From positions 100,567-164,566 of the forward strand of contig JASMDC010000002.1 in assembly GCA_030753015.1 (NCBI GenBank): a DNA stretch of 64,000 nt, read 5' to 3'. Numbering within the stretch: the first letter of the stretch is position 1; each line of letters begins with the position of its first letter. Below are positions 46,725-55,765 of this stretch, piece by piece. Position numbers and translations under genes: made by a program. This stretch comes from Candidatus Undinarchaeales archaeon (GTDB lineage: Archaea > SpSt-1190 > JASMDC01). The notes under the pieces are model-generated. The model saw only the letters and a program-made list of their open reading frames with translations, did not search any database and was not told the DNA's origin.

Positions 46725-47298
46725 GGTAGAAAAACCACCTCCTATCAGGTGTGGGATGAATGCCGCGTTTCCCGGAGGGAAAGCAAGCCTGAAAAGTAAA
46801 ACGCCAACTCGGATACCGGCACGTCACTCCCCTTTCGTATTAATCATTGAACTACCTACTATTATCTGGAGGGATGCTTAAGGCCCATCATCTAGTAAAA
46901 AAGACAGGTAACGCTCATCTAGAGTGATTCGTGGGACGCTTTCATAGACATCTCCACTACTAGGTTGTAGCGGCCGGGGCGGAAATGGTCGAAGTGGACC
47001 CGAGGAATACATCACGGGTGTATAGCCTCTGCAGGAACATCGTTCCCAGGGCGCTGATCCGCGCCCATCAATGCCCGCTTTGTGGATTAGAGGTGCACTG
47101 GGGCGTGAACGTCGCAGAGAATCTATTCGCAGGAACTAGGGCTGGACGAGCCCGAAGTCATGCCTGTGGAGATTCCGCCTCTACTCTCGCCAGTCAAGCG
47201 GGGGCAAGTGGAGTCGGCGAAGCAGGAACTATACGCGGTGAGCTCTTCGGAGCAATAGACGCCGGAATCCCATGGATTTTGTCCGTGGGAGGATGTCA
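46725..47298 (+). mobile_element. Degenerate IS200/IS605-family (IS1341/tnpB-type) element, internally deleted
   Basis: Left-end hairpin CCACCTCCTATCAGGTGTGGGATGAATG. Right-end hairpin TCCCATGGA-TTTTG-TCCGTGGGA followed by GGATGTCA. TnpB C-terminal relics in between. Confidence 0.8.
46925..47140 (+). pseudogene. tnpB: tnpB C-terminal fragment (frameshifted)
   Basis: DSWDAFIDI, frameshift, then EMVEVDPRNTSRVYSLC...HQCPLCGLEVHWGVNVAENL, a decayed version of V.PxxTS..C..CG...C..CG...DRD.NAA.N. Confidence 0.75.
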
Positions 47299-47349
47299 CA
47301 TCTTAATCATCCCAAAAAACATATAATACTGCGATGGCTCGGTGTCGTT

Positions 47350-49092
47350 GTGGGCCGCCGGGGACAGATAGCTCTCATGGGCATGATGGCGTTCGCCCTC
47401 ATGGTCGCAGTGGTCCTGTACCTACAATACTCCCGGGGCAGTGCCGAGACAGAGGTCCGGCAACATGAGCTCGAGGCGGAGACCGACGCGGGTGAGGCGG
47501 TAAAGCTCGATGTCGTGCTCACAAAGGCTTTAGAGGACGCCACGTTCGGGGCGTGCGAGGAGCTCGCTCTCCACGGAGGATATCGCCGGGAGCACCTCCC
47601 GTTCCTGCGTCATGGGCCAACGCCGTATTGGTTCGTCCGTGGCAATGTGTCCACGATCCCCTCTATCGAGCAGGTAACAGACTCGCTAAGAGCGGAGACG
47701 AACGCCCGGTTCGTCGAGGCGATCGACGCGCTGGGTAAGGAGATCACTGACCTGACGTTCGGCACCCCCGAGGTCACCGTCAGATACTCCGACGAGAACC
47801 GTATCACTACAACCGTATCTATCGATGTCACTGATGCTAAGGAGCGCACTGTTCGGATGGACGTCGCAGCGGACCTCCCCGTCCGCCTGCTCCTCCTCCG
47901 TCGGCTGGCAGAGGAGTACGTGATGGTACATCAGAACGGCCGCCGGCTCGAGAAGTCCCTCGGCCATCTCATCATCGAGGATCCGCGTATCTTCTCCCCG
48001 AACAGCCCTCCGGAGTTCGGGTGTCAGGAGGAGACCGTCACCGTGGACGAGATCCGACTCCACATTCAAGAGAACATGGTGCTCACCGTTTCCGAGGAGC
48101 TCTCCCTTGTACGTGAGTCCGAGCTCCAGCAGAGCAACATCCAATGGTCCCTCGACCATGACGATGAGGACCTGATCGTTACTCTCCTGGACCAGCGTGG
48201 GAACACCGACCGTGTCGTCAAGGAGGTGACCTCCTTCGGGGCCCAGTGCTTCAGGGTTTGGAAGGCGTTCTACAACGTGACACTTCCGATCAGGGTGACC
48301 GTGATGGATACCCAGCCCATCTCACGGGTAAGGGGCGAGAGCGTGCTCACGGCCCGACCTCTGGAGTTCAAGGTGGCGGTGGAACTGGCCATTGCGGACA
48401 ACGTGCCCTTCGAGGGCCCATCGCTCGTCTCGCCCCTCTGCAAGGGACGATGCTCGCTGGACCTCACGCTCCGTGAGGGTGATGGGGTGGGTGATGCCCC
48501 CGTGTTCCTGGGACCTTGTCTCGTGGGGTACGCTTCAGGTGAGTACCGTGAAATCCCCTGCGGGACACACGCTCTCCATGTGGCTAAGGAGGGCTTCGCC
48601 CCCGCAGAGCTCACGGTGAACCTGCACCCGGACCGTGCGGCCACCGCAGAACTAATGCTGAACCCGTTCGGTAGCCTTACTGGTTCGGTGTCCCGCCGGA
48701 ACCGTGTGTACTGTACACGGGAGTCCTGTGCTGGCCAGCGTGACCGAGTCGTTGAGAAAGGGCTCGTTCGCATCGGGTACGTCAAGGGGAATCCTCCCAG
48801 CTTCGTCACGATTGTCGTGGCAGCCCTTGCCACAGGCGAGGAGCATACTGCGGTCGTCGATGAAGGAGGGAATTTCAAGATCGACGGCCTGGTGCCTGGC
48901 GACTATGTGGTCATCGCGAACCCGAACAAGGATACCATGGGGAACACTGCGTTCAAGGTCCAGACCTTTATGGGCTCGGTTCGCGTCGAGCCTGGTACTG
49001 AGAGCCTATATGAGATAGTCATGGAACCGCTGGTTCCCGTACAAGTGGATGGAAAATGGGAGTTCGTAACAAGAACAGACGCATGCTGCTGA
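47350..49092 (+). CDS. Exported protein with class III (type IV pilin-like) signal peptide and carboxypeptidase-regulatory/PEGA-like domains
   Basis: MGRRG/QIALMGMMAFALMVAVVLY at the N-terminus; G.H.L.V.KEGF and DEGGNFKIDGLVPGDY beta-sandwich motifs. Confidence 0.7.
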   Translation: MGRRGQIALMGMMAFALMVAVVLYLQYSRGSAETEVRQHELEAETDAGEAVKLDVVLTKALEDATFGACEELALHGGYRREHLPFLRHGPTPYWFVRGNVSTIPSIEQVTDSLRAETNARFVEAIDALGKEITDLTFGTPEVTVRYSDENRITTTVSIDVTDAKERTVRMDVAADLPVRLLLLRRLAEEYVMVHQNGRRLEKSLGHLIIEDPRIFSPNSPPEFGCQEETVTVDEIRLHIQENMVLTVSEELSLVRESELQQSNIQWSLDHDDEDLIVTLLDQRGNTDRVVKEVTSFGAQCFRVWKAFYNVTLPIRVTVMDTQPISRVRGESVLTARPLEFKVAVELAIADNVPFEGPSLVSPLCKGRCSLDLTLREGDGVGDAPVFLGPCLVGYASGEYREIPCGTHALHVAKEGFAPAELTVNLHPDRAATAELMLNPFGSLTGSVSRRNRVYCTRESCAGQRDRVVEKGLVRIGYVKGNPPSFVTIVVAALATGEEHTAVVDEGGNFKIDGLVPGDYVVIANPNKDTMGNTAFKVQTFMGSVRVEPGTESLYEIVMEPLVPVQVDGKWEFVTRTDACC

Positions 49093-51809
49093 CCGCATTT
49101 GTGGTGCTGCTCGCCATGGGTTGCGCCATCCGGATAGAGGAACGACTCGACCTCTCAGCCCTACCGGAAGCCGACGTGTTCGTCAAAGTGACGTTCGCCC
49201 CAGGTGACATTATTCCCGCGAGTATCGAGGGATTACGCCAGGATCTGTGCCAACGGACCCTCACCAGTCCTATCTCATCCTGCTATGGCACTCTTGACGA
49301 GGCGAACCGCAAGGCGTTCTTCCAGGTACGTATAGAGGACATCTCCGATTCCATCCTCGACATCGGTCAGAAGGACAAGCGGCTCACCCTCACTATCGGC
49401 TATCATCCCCTGTTCACCCGCCTGCCACTCGATATGGATCGCTGGTCCATGAAAGTGACCATGCCCGACCGGCAACGCCTCTCGTTCACCGGGACGAAGC
49501 CCACGCGGTTGGACGTCCGGTACACCTTCCCCGTGCTCGCCCCCCTCCCTCTGGACGTGGAACTGGGAGCACCCGAGCTCCAGCTAGGGCAGATGGTGGC
49601 GCTCACCACATTGCTCCCGGCAAACAGACCTCGGGTGGTGATGTGCGTGCATACCCTTGCCAACGACACCCACACCCTGGGCACCAAGGTGGTCAAGGGC
49701 TGCATCCCAACCTACTTCGGCACGAGCGAGGAATGGATGGCGGGCGAGTACGAGGTAAGGACCACGGCAACCTCCTTCTACCTCGATGGTGTCGCGCTGG
49801 GCACGGACATCGATCCGCTCACCCTGGAGCGTCTCGTGGTGGCGGGTGATGACGTTGTGGTGCCCGTGTCAGTGGTCATGCACGACAAGACCGGGGACAT
49901 CTGGTTCGTTGGCGAACCCGTGTCGGTCCACCTGACCTCGCCCGACCCTGACTCCCGGTGCTCGCTCCACCTAGAGGACGTTCACGGTCGGATGTCGGTG
50001 ACACGCGCCGTCCCGTGCAATGGGGAGGCTCGGCTGGTCACCCTCGACATCCCTCCCGGTGATTACATCATAGAGGTCCGTGAGTCCTCCTCCGGTCGTA
50101 CCGTCACCACGCGACCGTTGCGCATCCTCCCTTCCAGCACTACAGCAGATCCCGCGGTCGAGATAGAGCGCGGTGACTATGCTCCGGGTGAAACGGTCAT
50201 AGCCAACCTGAACCTCCCCGGTATGGCCTGCCGCTCAGAGCTGGTGAGCGCTGAAGGTTATGTGGTGGCCATGGGCGAGCAGAGCCCGTGTACGAAGGTG
50301 CTCTTGGACACACCTCAGACGCTCCGGTCGGGGACGTACACCCTCCTTATCAAGGTCCTCAGCGACGACGTGGTCGTGGCCACTGCCCGGAAGCAGGTGG
50401 TCATCCACCGCCCCGAGGCCGCCGAGGACAGCGATCGTTCCAGATACTGTCCAGGGGGCGTATTCGCACTCACCCTTGGCAAGCTGCGCTGCATCGACTC
50501 CGGACAGCGTTGTGATCCCACCTCGGTCCAGCTCCCTGGCTGCCTATGTTTCACTGGCGTCGGTACGTTCGTCGGAGTATGCACACATACGCAAAAGTGT
50601 GCTGATGACGGTTGCCAGGAGCTGGGGCTCCAGCCCTATATCATCGCCCGGGATGTGGGGAACTGCGTGGTGCGAAAAGGGCTCGAGAGCTTCCCGTGCA
50701 TCGGGTACGGTGAGGTCTGCTCGGGATTCTGTGCCTGCACCAGCGGTCCGCAGGTAGTGGACAACTGCTACTTTGGCGAGGCCTGCACACCAGATGGCTG
50801 TGTCGAACCCGATCTCGTGCTCAAGCTCACCCATCTCGAGCCCCAGAGCGTCCGGGCAGATGCCCTGGCGAACACACAGTTCGAGCTTACAGTACTGGTG
50901 ACGTACAAGGGCAATGTGCTCGCCGACAAGCCGACGTTCTCTCTGGACCTGGGCGGTTCCCCCATCGAGCTGGTTGCCATCGAGTCACGGGGCGAGGGCC
51001 TCTGGCGTATTACGGGGAGCGTTTCCATCCCTCTTGCGCCGGGCAAGTACCCCCTGCTCCTCACGGGCAGGCACGGTGATGCGGTGTATAGCGTACGGTC
51101 ACATGTCGAGGTATGGTTCCCGCGATGGATGGCGGACGTGGCCGTTACCATCCTCGACGCACCCACTACGCTATCCACAGACCGCCTCGAGAAGGGCGAG
51201 CGGCTCGATGTGAAGTTCCGGGCCTTCGACGCGTCGGGCACAGAGCTCACCGACCTGATCCAGGATGATTTCACTTTCTCGCTGGGGTGGCGGGTGCTCA
51301 ATATCGACTCCCTGGAGTACGATCGCGCCCGCGGCCATTGGAGAGCGACCCTCTTAGGCCTGGGCGAGTTCGAGGAGTCCGACGTCCCGCTTTCGGTGCA
51401 GATCTCACACCTGGGAATGGAGGGGATGGCCGAGCGCTCCGTCACGCTGGTGGAGCAGCTGCCGGCGCGCATCGTCATTCGCGAGGTCACGCCCAAGGAA
51501 GTGTTCCAGGCCCAGACCATATGGGGCTTCGACATGACCATGGACCTCGTGCTCCAGGGCGATATCCAGCGCATCTCTGCGACGGTGCGCGGGAAGGACT
51601 ATGATGTGCTGGTCACACCATACCAGGAGTCCTTCGGAGCGAGCATGGTGAACGTCCGCTTCTGCCCGGACATCATCACGACCGGCGAGGAGATGGTCAC
51701 CCTGCGCGGTTCGACACCGGACGGTACCGAGGTGACCGCCTCAGAGACGATCATCATAGTTCCGAATCCGGGTGGCTGGTTGAACAACCGGTGCCCGACG
51801 GATGTTTAG
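49083..51809 (+). CDS. Large lipoprotein-like surface protein with Ig-like and Cys-rich repeats
   Basis: LLAMGC lipobox-like N-terminus, PGDY/SGTY/PGKY Ig-like motifs, and a duplicated Cys-rich module. Overlaps the upstream gene. Confidence 0.75.
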   Translation: MLLTAFVVLLAMGCAIRIEERLDLSALPEADVFVKVTFAPGDIIPASIEGLRQDLCQRTLTSPISSCYGTLDEANRKAFFQVRIEDISDSILDIGQKDKRLTLTIGYHPLFTRLPLDMDRWSMKVTMPDRQRLSFTGTKPTRLDVRYTFPVLAPLPLDVELGAPELQLGQMVALTTLLPANRPRVVMCVHTLANDTHTLGTKVVKGCIPTYFGTSEEWMAGEYEVRTTATSFYLDGVALGTDIDPLTLERLVVAGDDVVVPVSVVMHDKTGDIWFVGEPVSVHLTSPDPDSRCSLHLEDVHGRMSVTRAVPCNGEARLVTLDIPPGDYIIEVRESSSGRTVTTRPLRILPSSTTADPAVEIERGDYAPGETVIANLNLPGMACRSELVSAEGYVVAMGEQSPCTKVLLDTPQTLRSGTYTLLIKVLSDDVVVATARKQVVIHRPEAAEDSDRSRYCPGGVFALTLGKLRCIDSGQRCDPTSVQLPGCLCFTGVGTFVGVCTHTQKCADDGCQELGLQPYIIARDVGNCVVRKGLESFPCIGYGEVCSGFCACTSGPQVVDNCYFGEACTPDGCVEPDLVLKLTHLEPQSVRADALANTQFELTVLVTYKGNVLADKPTFSLDLGGSPIELVAIESRGEGLWRITGSVSIPLAPGKYPLLLTGRHGDAVYSVRSHVEVWFPRWMADVAVTILDAPTTLSTDRLEKGERLDVKFRAFDASGTELTDLIQDDFTFSLGWRVLNIDSLEYDRARGHWRATLLGLGEFEESDVPLSVQISHLGMEGMAERSVTLVEQLPARIVIREVTPKEVFQAQTIWGFDMTMDLVLQGDIQRISATVRGKDYDVLVTPYQESFGASMVNVRFCPDIITTGEEMVTLRGSTPDGTEVTASETIIIVPNPGGWLNNRCPTDV

Positions 51810-51813
51810 GTCC

Positions 51814-53181
51814 TTATAGCTCCTGTCTGTGCTCGGTGAACCTGATCCCCAGACCATCGAGCTCGGCCAGGACCGGGACGTACACCTCGGGTGTGACGGG
51901 GATGTGCACACCTTTCAAATCAAGTCGGCCCTCGAGGAGCAGGCGTACACCGATAGCTGCAGGAAGTCCAACTGTCCTGGCGATCGCTGTATCCCCGCCC
52001 GGTCCACCGTGCTGGACGAGCGTTGCCACCACTCGTTCACAGGTCCCTTCGTGCTCCACCTCGATCTCATGGCGCATGATCACCATATCCCGCTCTCCCT
52101 CACTGTAGGCGAGCCGCCCGACCATGAGGGCGCACAGGGCATCAAGGGGTGTCTCCGCACCCTCGGGCACGATCACGTCGCCGAGGATACCCAGCCAAGA
52201 GAGGCGCGCGATGACTGGTGAGGTGGACGCGAGCCCGAGCCTCTCTGCTACCCTTTGGGTGAGGTCCGCACCAGCGGGGGCGCCGATGAGCTGGGCCGTC
52301 ACGTCCATATATCTCAGTCCGTGTACACCCTCCAAGTGGTGCTCGTCCAGCCATCCCAACCGACCGATGGCTTTCATGGTATCACACCAACCCTTGTACC
52401 GCAAGGTGCCACGGTAGAGAGTGCGTACGTCCCCGAGCCCGTAGATGTCCCGGTAGCACATCGCGTCGTGGTTCGGGTAGTACTCGAACGATCCGGTGTT
52501 CTCGACCTCCATGAGTTGGTAGTGCTCGAACAGTGTCTCGCCGGGGATGACCACATACTGGCCGTTCTCAAGGTAGCGTGCAGGTCGTTTGGAGGCGGTG
52601 AGCACACCGCGCGGGTTCCATGAGAACTTGTAACGGAAAGGATTATCTGCCGCTGCCGGAGCGGGCAGGGCGCCGCATAGCGAGCGGAATCCCACGATCT
52701 TGAAGCCAGCCTCCTGTTCCCGGGCTATCATGGATATGGCGGACATGTGGTCTATGCCCGGATCGAGGCCGAGCTCGGTGAGTATGAGCACGCCCGCTTC
52801 CCGAGCAGGGGCGTCCAGCGCGCGAAGTGCATCGTCGACATAGGAAGTGCATACCATGTGCTTACCGTTCTCGACGCACAGCTCGGCGACCCGCTGGAGA
52901 TAGGCCGGTGGGAGGATGCTGACCACGACATCAGCGTCCTTCACGAGGGAGACCATAGCACCGCGGTCTTCCGCGTCCAGAGAACGCGCCTCACCGCGAG
53001 GATGGTCCGTGATGAGTCGTTGGGCCCGCTCCACGTCCAGGTCTGCGACGATCACACGTACGCCCCCCAGGTCCAGAAGATAGCGCACAAGCGGGCGCGC
53101 TACCATCCCTGCCCCGAGCACGAGCACGGTCCCCACTGCGCTCACCTTAGTACGCCGTCCCGAACCGATTCTTACGCTCAT
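51814..53181 (-). CDS. Saccharopine dehydrogenase (NADP+, L-glutamate-forming)
   Basis: VLGAGMV, ELGLDPGIDHM, CGALP, YKFSWNP, RGTLRYKG, ARTVGLP. The start may be GTG 53145. Confidence 0.9.
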   Translation of the reverse strand: MSVRIGSGRRTKVSAVGTVLVLGAGMVARPLVRYLLDLGGVRVIVADLDVERAQRLITDHPRGEARSLDAEDRGAMVSLVKDADVVVSILPPAYLQRVAELCVENGKHMVCTSYVDDALRALDAPAREAGVLILTELGLDPGIDHMSAISMIAREQEAGFKIVGFRSLCGALPAPAAADNPFRYKFSWNPRGVLTASKRPARYLENGQYVVIPGETLFEHYQLMEVENTGSFEYYPNHDAMCYRDIYGLGDVRTLYRGTLRYKGWCDTMKAIGRLGWLDEHHLEGVHGLRYMDVTAQLIGAPAGADLTQRVAERLGLASTSPVIARLSWLGILGDVIVPEGAETPLDALCALMVGRLAYSEGERDMVIMRHEIEVEHEGTCERVVATLVQHGGPGGDTAIARTVGLPAAIGVRLLLEGRLDLKGVHIPVTPEVYVPVLAELDGLGIRFTEHRQEL

Positions 53182-53995
53182 GTCGCCCCCAGAGCTCCTT
53201 GGACGTCTCGATGCTGGAATAGCAGGCCTCCACCTCGGTCATGGTCGTCCGTCCGTACTCGCACAGATCCTCGCTCTGTTCGACGCATCCCAGCCAGATG
53301 AGGTCAAGGGCCGCGCCGTACATCACCCACATGGGTGACGTGCGCATTCCCTCTACCTCGCTCCGTCGGATGAGGGTACCGGTACCGAACGGCTCACCCC
53401 ATGCATGCTCCACGGCCCGCTCCTTGCCCATGACCACGATCTTCCGTATCTCTTGTAGGAGGGAAAGAGCCACGAATATGAGCACGGCTCCCCCTGCCGC
53501 ACTTGTCCTTCCATCTCCTGTGTACGCGAGCGCAGTCATAGCGAGCACACCCACCCCCATCACCAATCGGAGCGCCGGTAGAGGGCTCGGCCGCAATAAG
53601 GTGCTCACGGCCTTGGCGATGACCGCTGCGGCCAAGGGACCGTCCCCTCCATCGTTAACGAACCGGTGAGCTACCTGAACGAACTGGGCCGGAATGTCCG
53701 CAACAGGCTCGTCGAAGATGATCGCGCTCCTACGTTTTTCAGCCCGACGAGCCTCTACCTGGTCGGCCAGCGCGTCCAGGTCGGTGACAGAGGGTGCCTT
53801 GGTAGGGAGTGTGAGCCGTCCGAGCGCTGCCATGGGAGCAGCGAGGAGGATGAGGATTACGAGATAGAATCCCCCGATGACGCCCAGGAAGGGGAGGAGT
53901 CCTTCGCTTGTCGGCACCGGCCGTCCGTAGAGGAGGGCAAGCAGCACAAGCACGGCGACAGCATCGCGACCGCTCACGAACGTCCCCACCGGCAT
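53147..53995 (-). CDS. Hypothetical membrane protein
   Basis: Four hydrophobic segments; overlaps the saccharopine dehydrogenase gene. Confidence 0.55.
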   Translation of the reverse strand: MPVGTFVSGRDAVAVLVLLALLYGRPVPTSEGLLPFLGVIGGFYLVILILLAAPMAALGRLTLPTKAPSVTDLDALADQVEARRAEKRRSAIIFDEPVADIPAQFVQVAHRFVNDGGDGPLAAAVIAKAVSTLLRPSPLPALRLVMGVGVLAMTALAYTGDGRTSAAGGAVLIFVALSLLQEIRKIVVMGKERAVEHAWGEPFGTGTLIRRSEVEGMRTSPMWVMYGAALDLIWLGCVEQSEDLCEYGRTTMTEVEACYSSIETSKELWGRHERKNRFGTAY

Positions 53996-54079
53996 ACCGA
54001 TGACTTCAGGGAAAGGTCGAGGCAGCGGGCGAGCACGAGTATTAGGACGCCATGCACGGCCCCCACGACCATATCAGGC

Positions 54080-54334
54080 CTACTCCTTCTTCTTCGGGGA
54101 GGCCTTCTTCTTGGCGGCCGGCTTCTTATCGCTCTTCTTCGCGGGTTTCTTGACTACCTTCTTCGTGGTCGGACCGTGGTCCTTGTGAGCGCACTTCTGC
54201 TCCCAGTGCTTGCAGGGACTACCCATATGGACCTTGAGCTGAGCGTAAGCCTCGACGGCATTATCGCCCATGCTCCGTCCCTTGCAGAGGGAGGGCTTGA
54301 CGGCCTTCTTTAGGATCGGGCACTTGATTGACAT
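54080..54334 (-). CDS. Small Cys/His-containing protein with histone-H1-like Lys-rich tail
   Basis: MSIKCPIL...C...CKHWEQKCAH...KKVVKKPAKKSDKKPAAKKKASPKKKE. Confidence 0.6.
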   Translation of the reverse strand: MSIKCPILKKAVKPSLCKGRSMGDNAVEAYAQLKVHMGSPCKHWEQKCAHKDHGPTTKKVVKKPAKKSDKKPAAKKKASPKKKE

Positions 54335-54387
54335 GTGTGCACGTAGCAGAGCCAATCTTCTAATACCTTGGCCTTCTCGACGCCTCC

Positions 54388-55707
54388 ATGGGACGGACGA
54401 AGGTCATCATCATGGGAGCGGCAGGTCGTGACTTCCACAATTTCAACGTGTTCTTCCGCGACAATGATGACTATGAGGTCGTGACCTTCACAGCCACCCA
54501 GATCCCCAACATCGCCGGACGAAGGTACCCGCCCGAGCTGTCAGGGGCCCTCTATCCGAAAGGTATCCCGATACGTAAGGAAGAGGCCCTCCCCGAGCTC
54601 ATCCGGGAGCACGATATCGATCAGGTTATACTCGCATACAGCGACCTCTCCTACAAGCACGTCATGACGTGTGCATCGATCACCCTCGCAGCAGGTGCGG
54701 ACTTCCGTCTCATGGGCGCAAAGAGCACCATGATCAAGTCATCCAAACCGATGATCGCGGTCTGTGCTGTGCGAACTGGCTGCGGTAAGAGCCAGACCGC
54801 CCGGTACATCCTCCAGATCCTGCGCGACCTGGGCAAGAAGGTCGTCGTGGTCCGGCATCCTATGCCGTACGGTGACCTCGTCGCGCAAGCCGTCCAGCGG
54901 TTCGCCACCTATGAGGACCTAGAGAAGAACAAGTGCACCATCGAGGAACGGGAGGAGTACGAGCCGCACATCGATATGGGCGCAATCGTGTACGCGGGCG
55001 TGGACTACGAGCGCATCCTCCGAGAGGCGGAGAAAGAGGCTGATGTCATCGTTTGGGACGGTGGTAACAACGACCTGCCCTTCTACAAACCAGACCTCTT
55101 CATCGTGCTCGCGGACCCTCATCGACCCGGCCACGAGGTCGCGTACTATCCTGGCGAGGCAAACCTGCGGATGGCCGATGTGATCATCATCAACAAGGTG
55201 GACTCCGCCCGCCCCGACCAGCTTCATGAGGTCGTGGACAATATCGCCTTGGCCAATCCCGAGGCCGTGGTCATAGAAGCGGCATCACCAATCACCGTTG
55301 AGAATCCAGACAGTGTGAAGGGGAAGCGGGTGCTCGTGGTCGAGGACGGGCCGACGCTCACTCATGGCGAGATGCCCTATGGCGCGGGGACCGTGGCCGC
55401 CCGTCGGCTCTGGGCCGGTGAGATCGTCGATCCCCGTCCCGCGGCGATAGGCACCATTAAGAGCGTGTTCAAGAAATTCGATCACTTGGGTCCAGTGCTC
55501 CCTGCCATGGGCTACTCACCAAAGCAGGTCAAGGAGCTGGAAACGACCATCAATGAAACCGATGCTGACCTCGTGCTCATCGGCACTCCAATCGACCTGC
55601 GGCGGCTTGTCGATATCAAGGGGAAACCGGCGCTAAGAGTGCGTTACGACCTTGAACCGCGCACGGGCCCGCCCCTCCGGGAGCTTGTGGAGAAGGCCGT
55701 GAAGTGA
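54388..55707 (+). CDS. arcE: cDPGS-like P-loop protein, probable arginine synthetase (ArcE family)
   Basis: IIMGAAGRDFHNFN, FTATQIP, AVRTGCGKSQT, RHPMPYG, TIEEREEYE, WDGGNND, EDGPTLTHG, PAMGY. Confidence 0.8.
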   Translation: MGRTKVIIMGAAGRDFHNFNVFFRDNDDYEVVTFTATQIPNIAGRRYPPELSGALYPKGIPIRKEEALPELIREHDIDQVILAYSDLSYKHVMTCASITLAAGADFRLMGAKSTMIKSSKPMIAVCAVRTGCGKSQTARYILQILRDLGKKVVVVRHPMPYGDLVAQAVQRFATYEDLEKNKCTIEEREEYEPHIDMGAIVYAGVDYERILREAEKEADVIVWDGGNNDLPFYKPDLFIVLADPHRPGHEVAYYPGEANLRMADVIIINKVDSARPDQLHEVVDNIALANPEAVVIEAASPITVENPDSVKGKRVLVVEDGPTLTHGEMPYGAGTVAARRLWAGEIVDPRPAAIGTIKSVFKKFDHLGPVLPAMGYSPKQVKELETTINETDADLVLIGTPIDLRRLVDIKGKPALRVRYDLEPRTGPPLRELVEKAVK

Positions 55708-55765
55708 GCCGGACCTGGGAATCTCGGGCAAATGAATATATTGTTACGCAGGAAATGATGGCTCC

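Noticed and set aside
46985-47326. Intact 113-aa zinc-finger gene
   Set aside because: It is a decayed tnpB fragment (lost Cys and DRD motif) reading through the element's right end.
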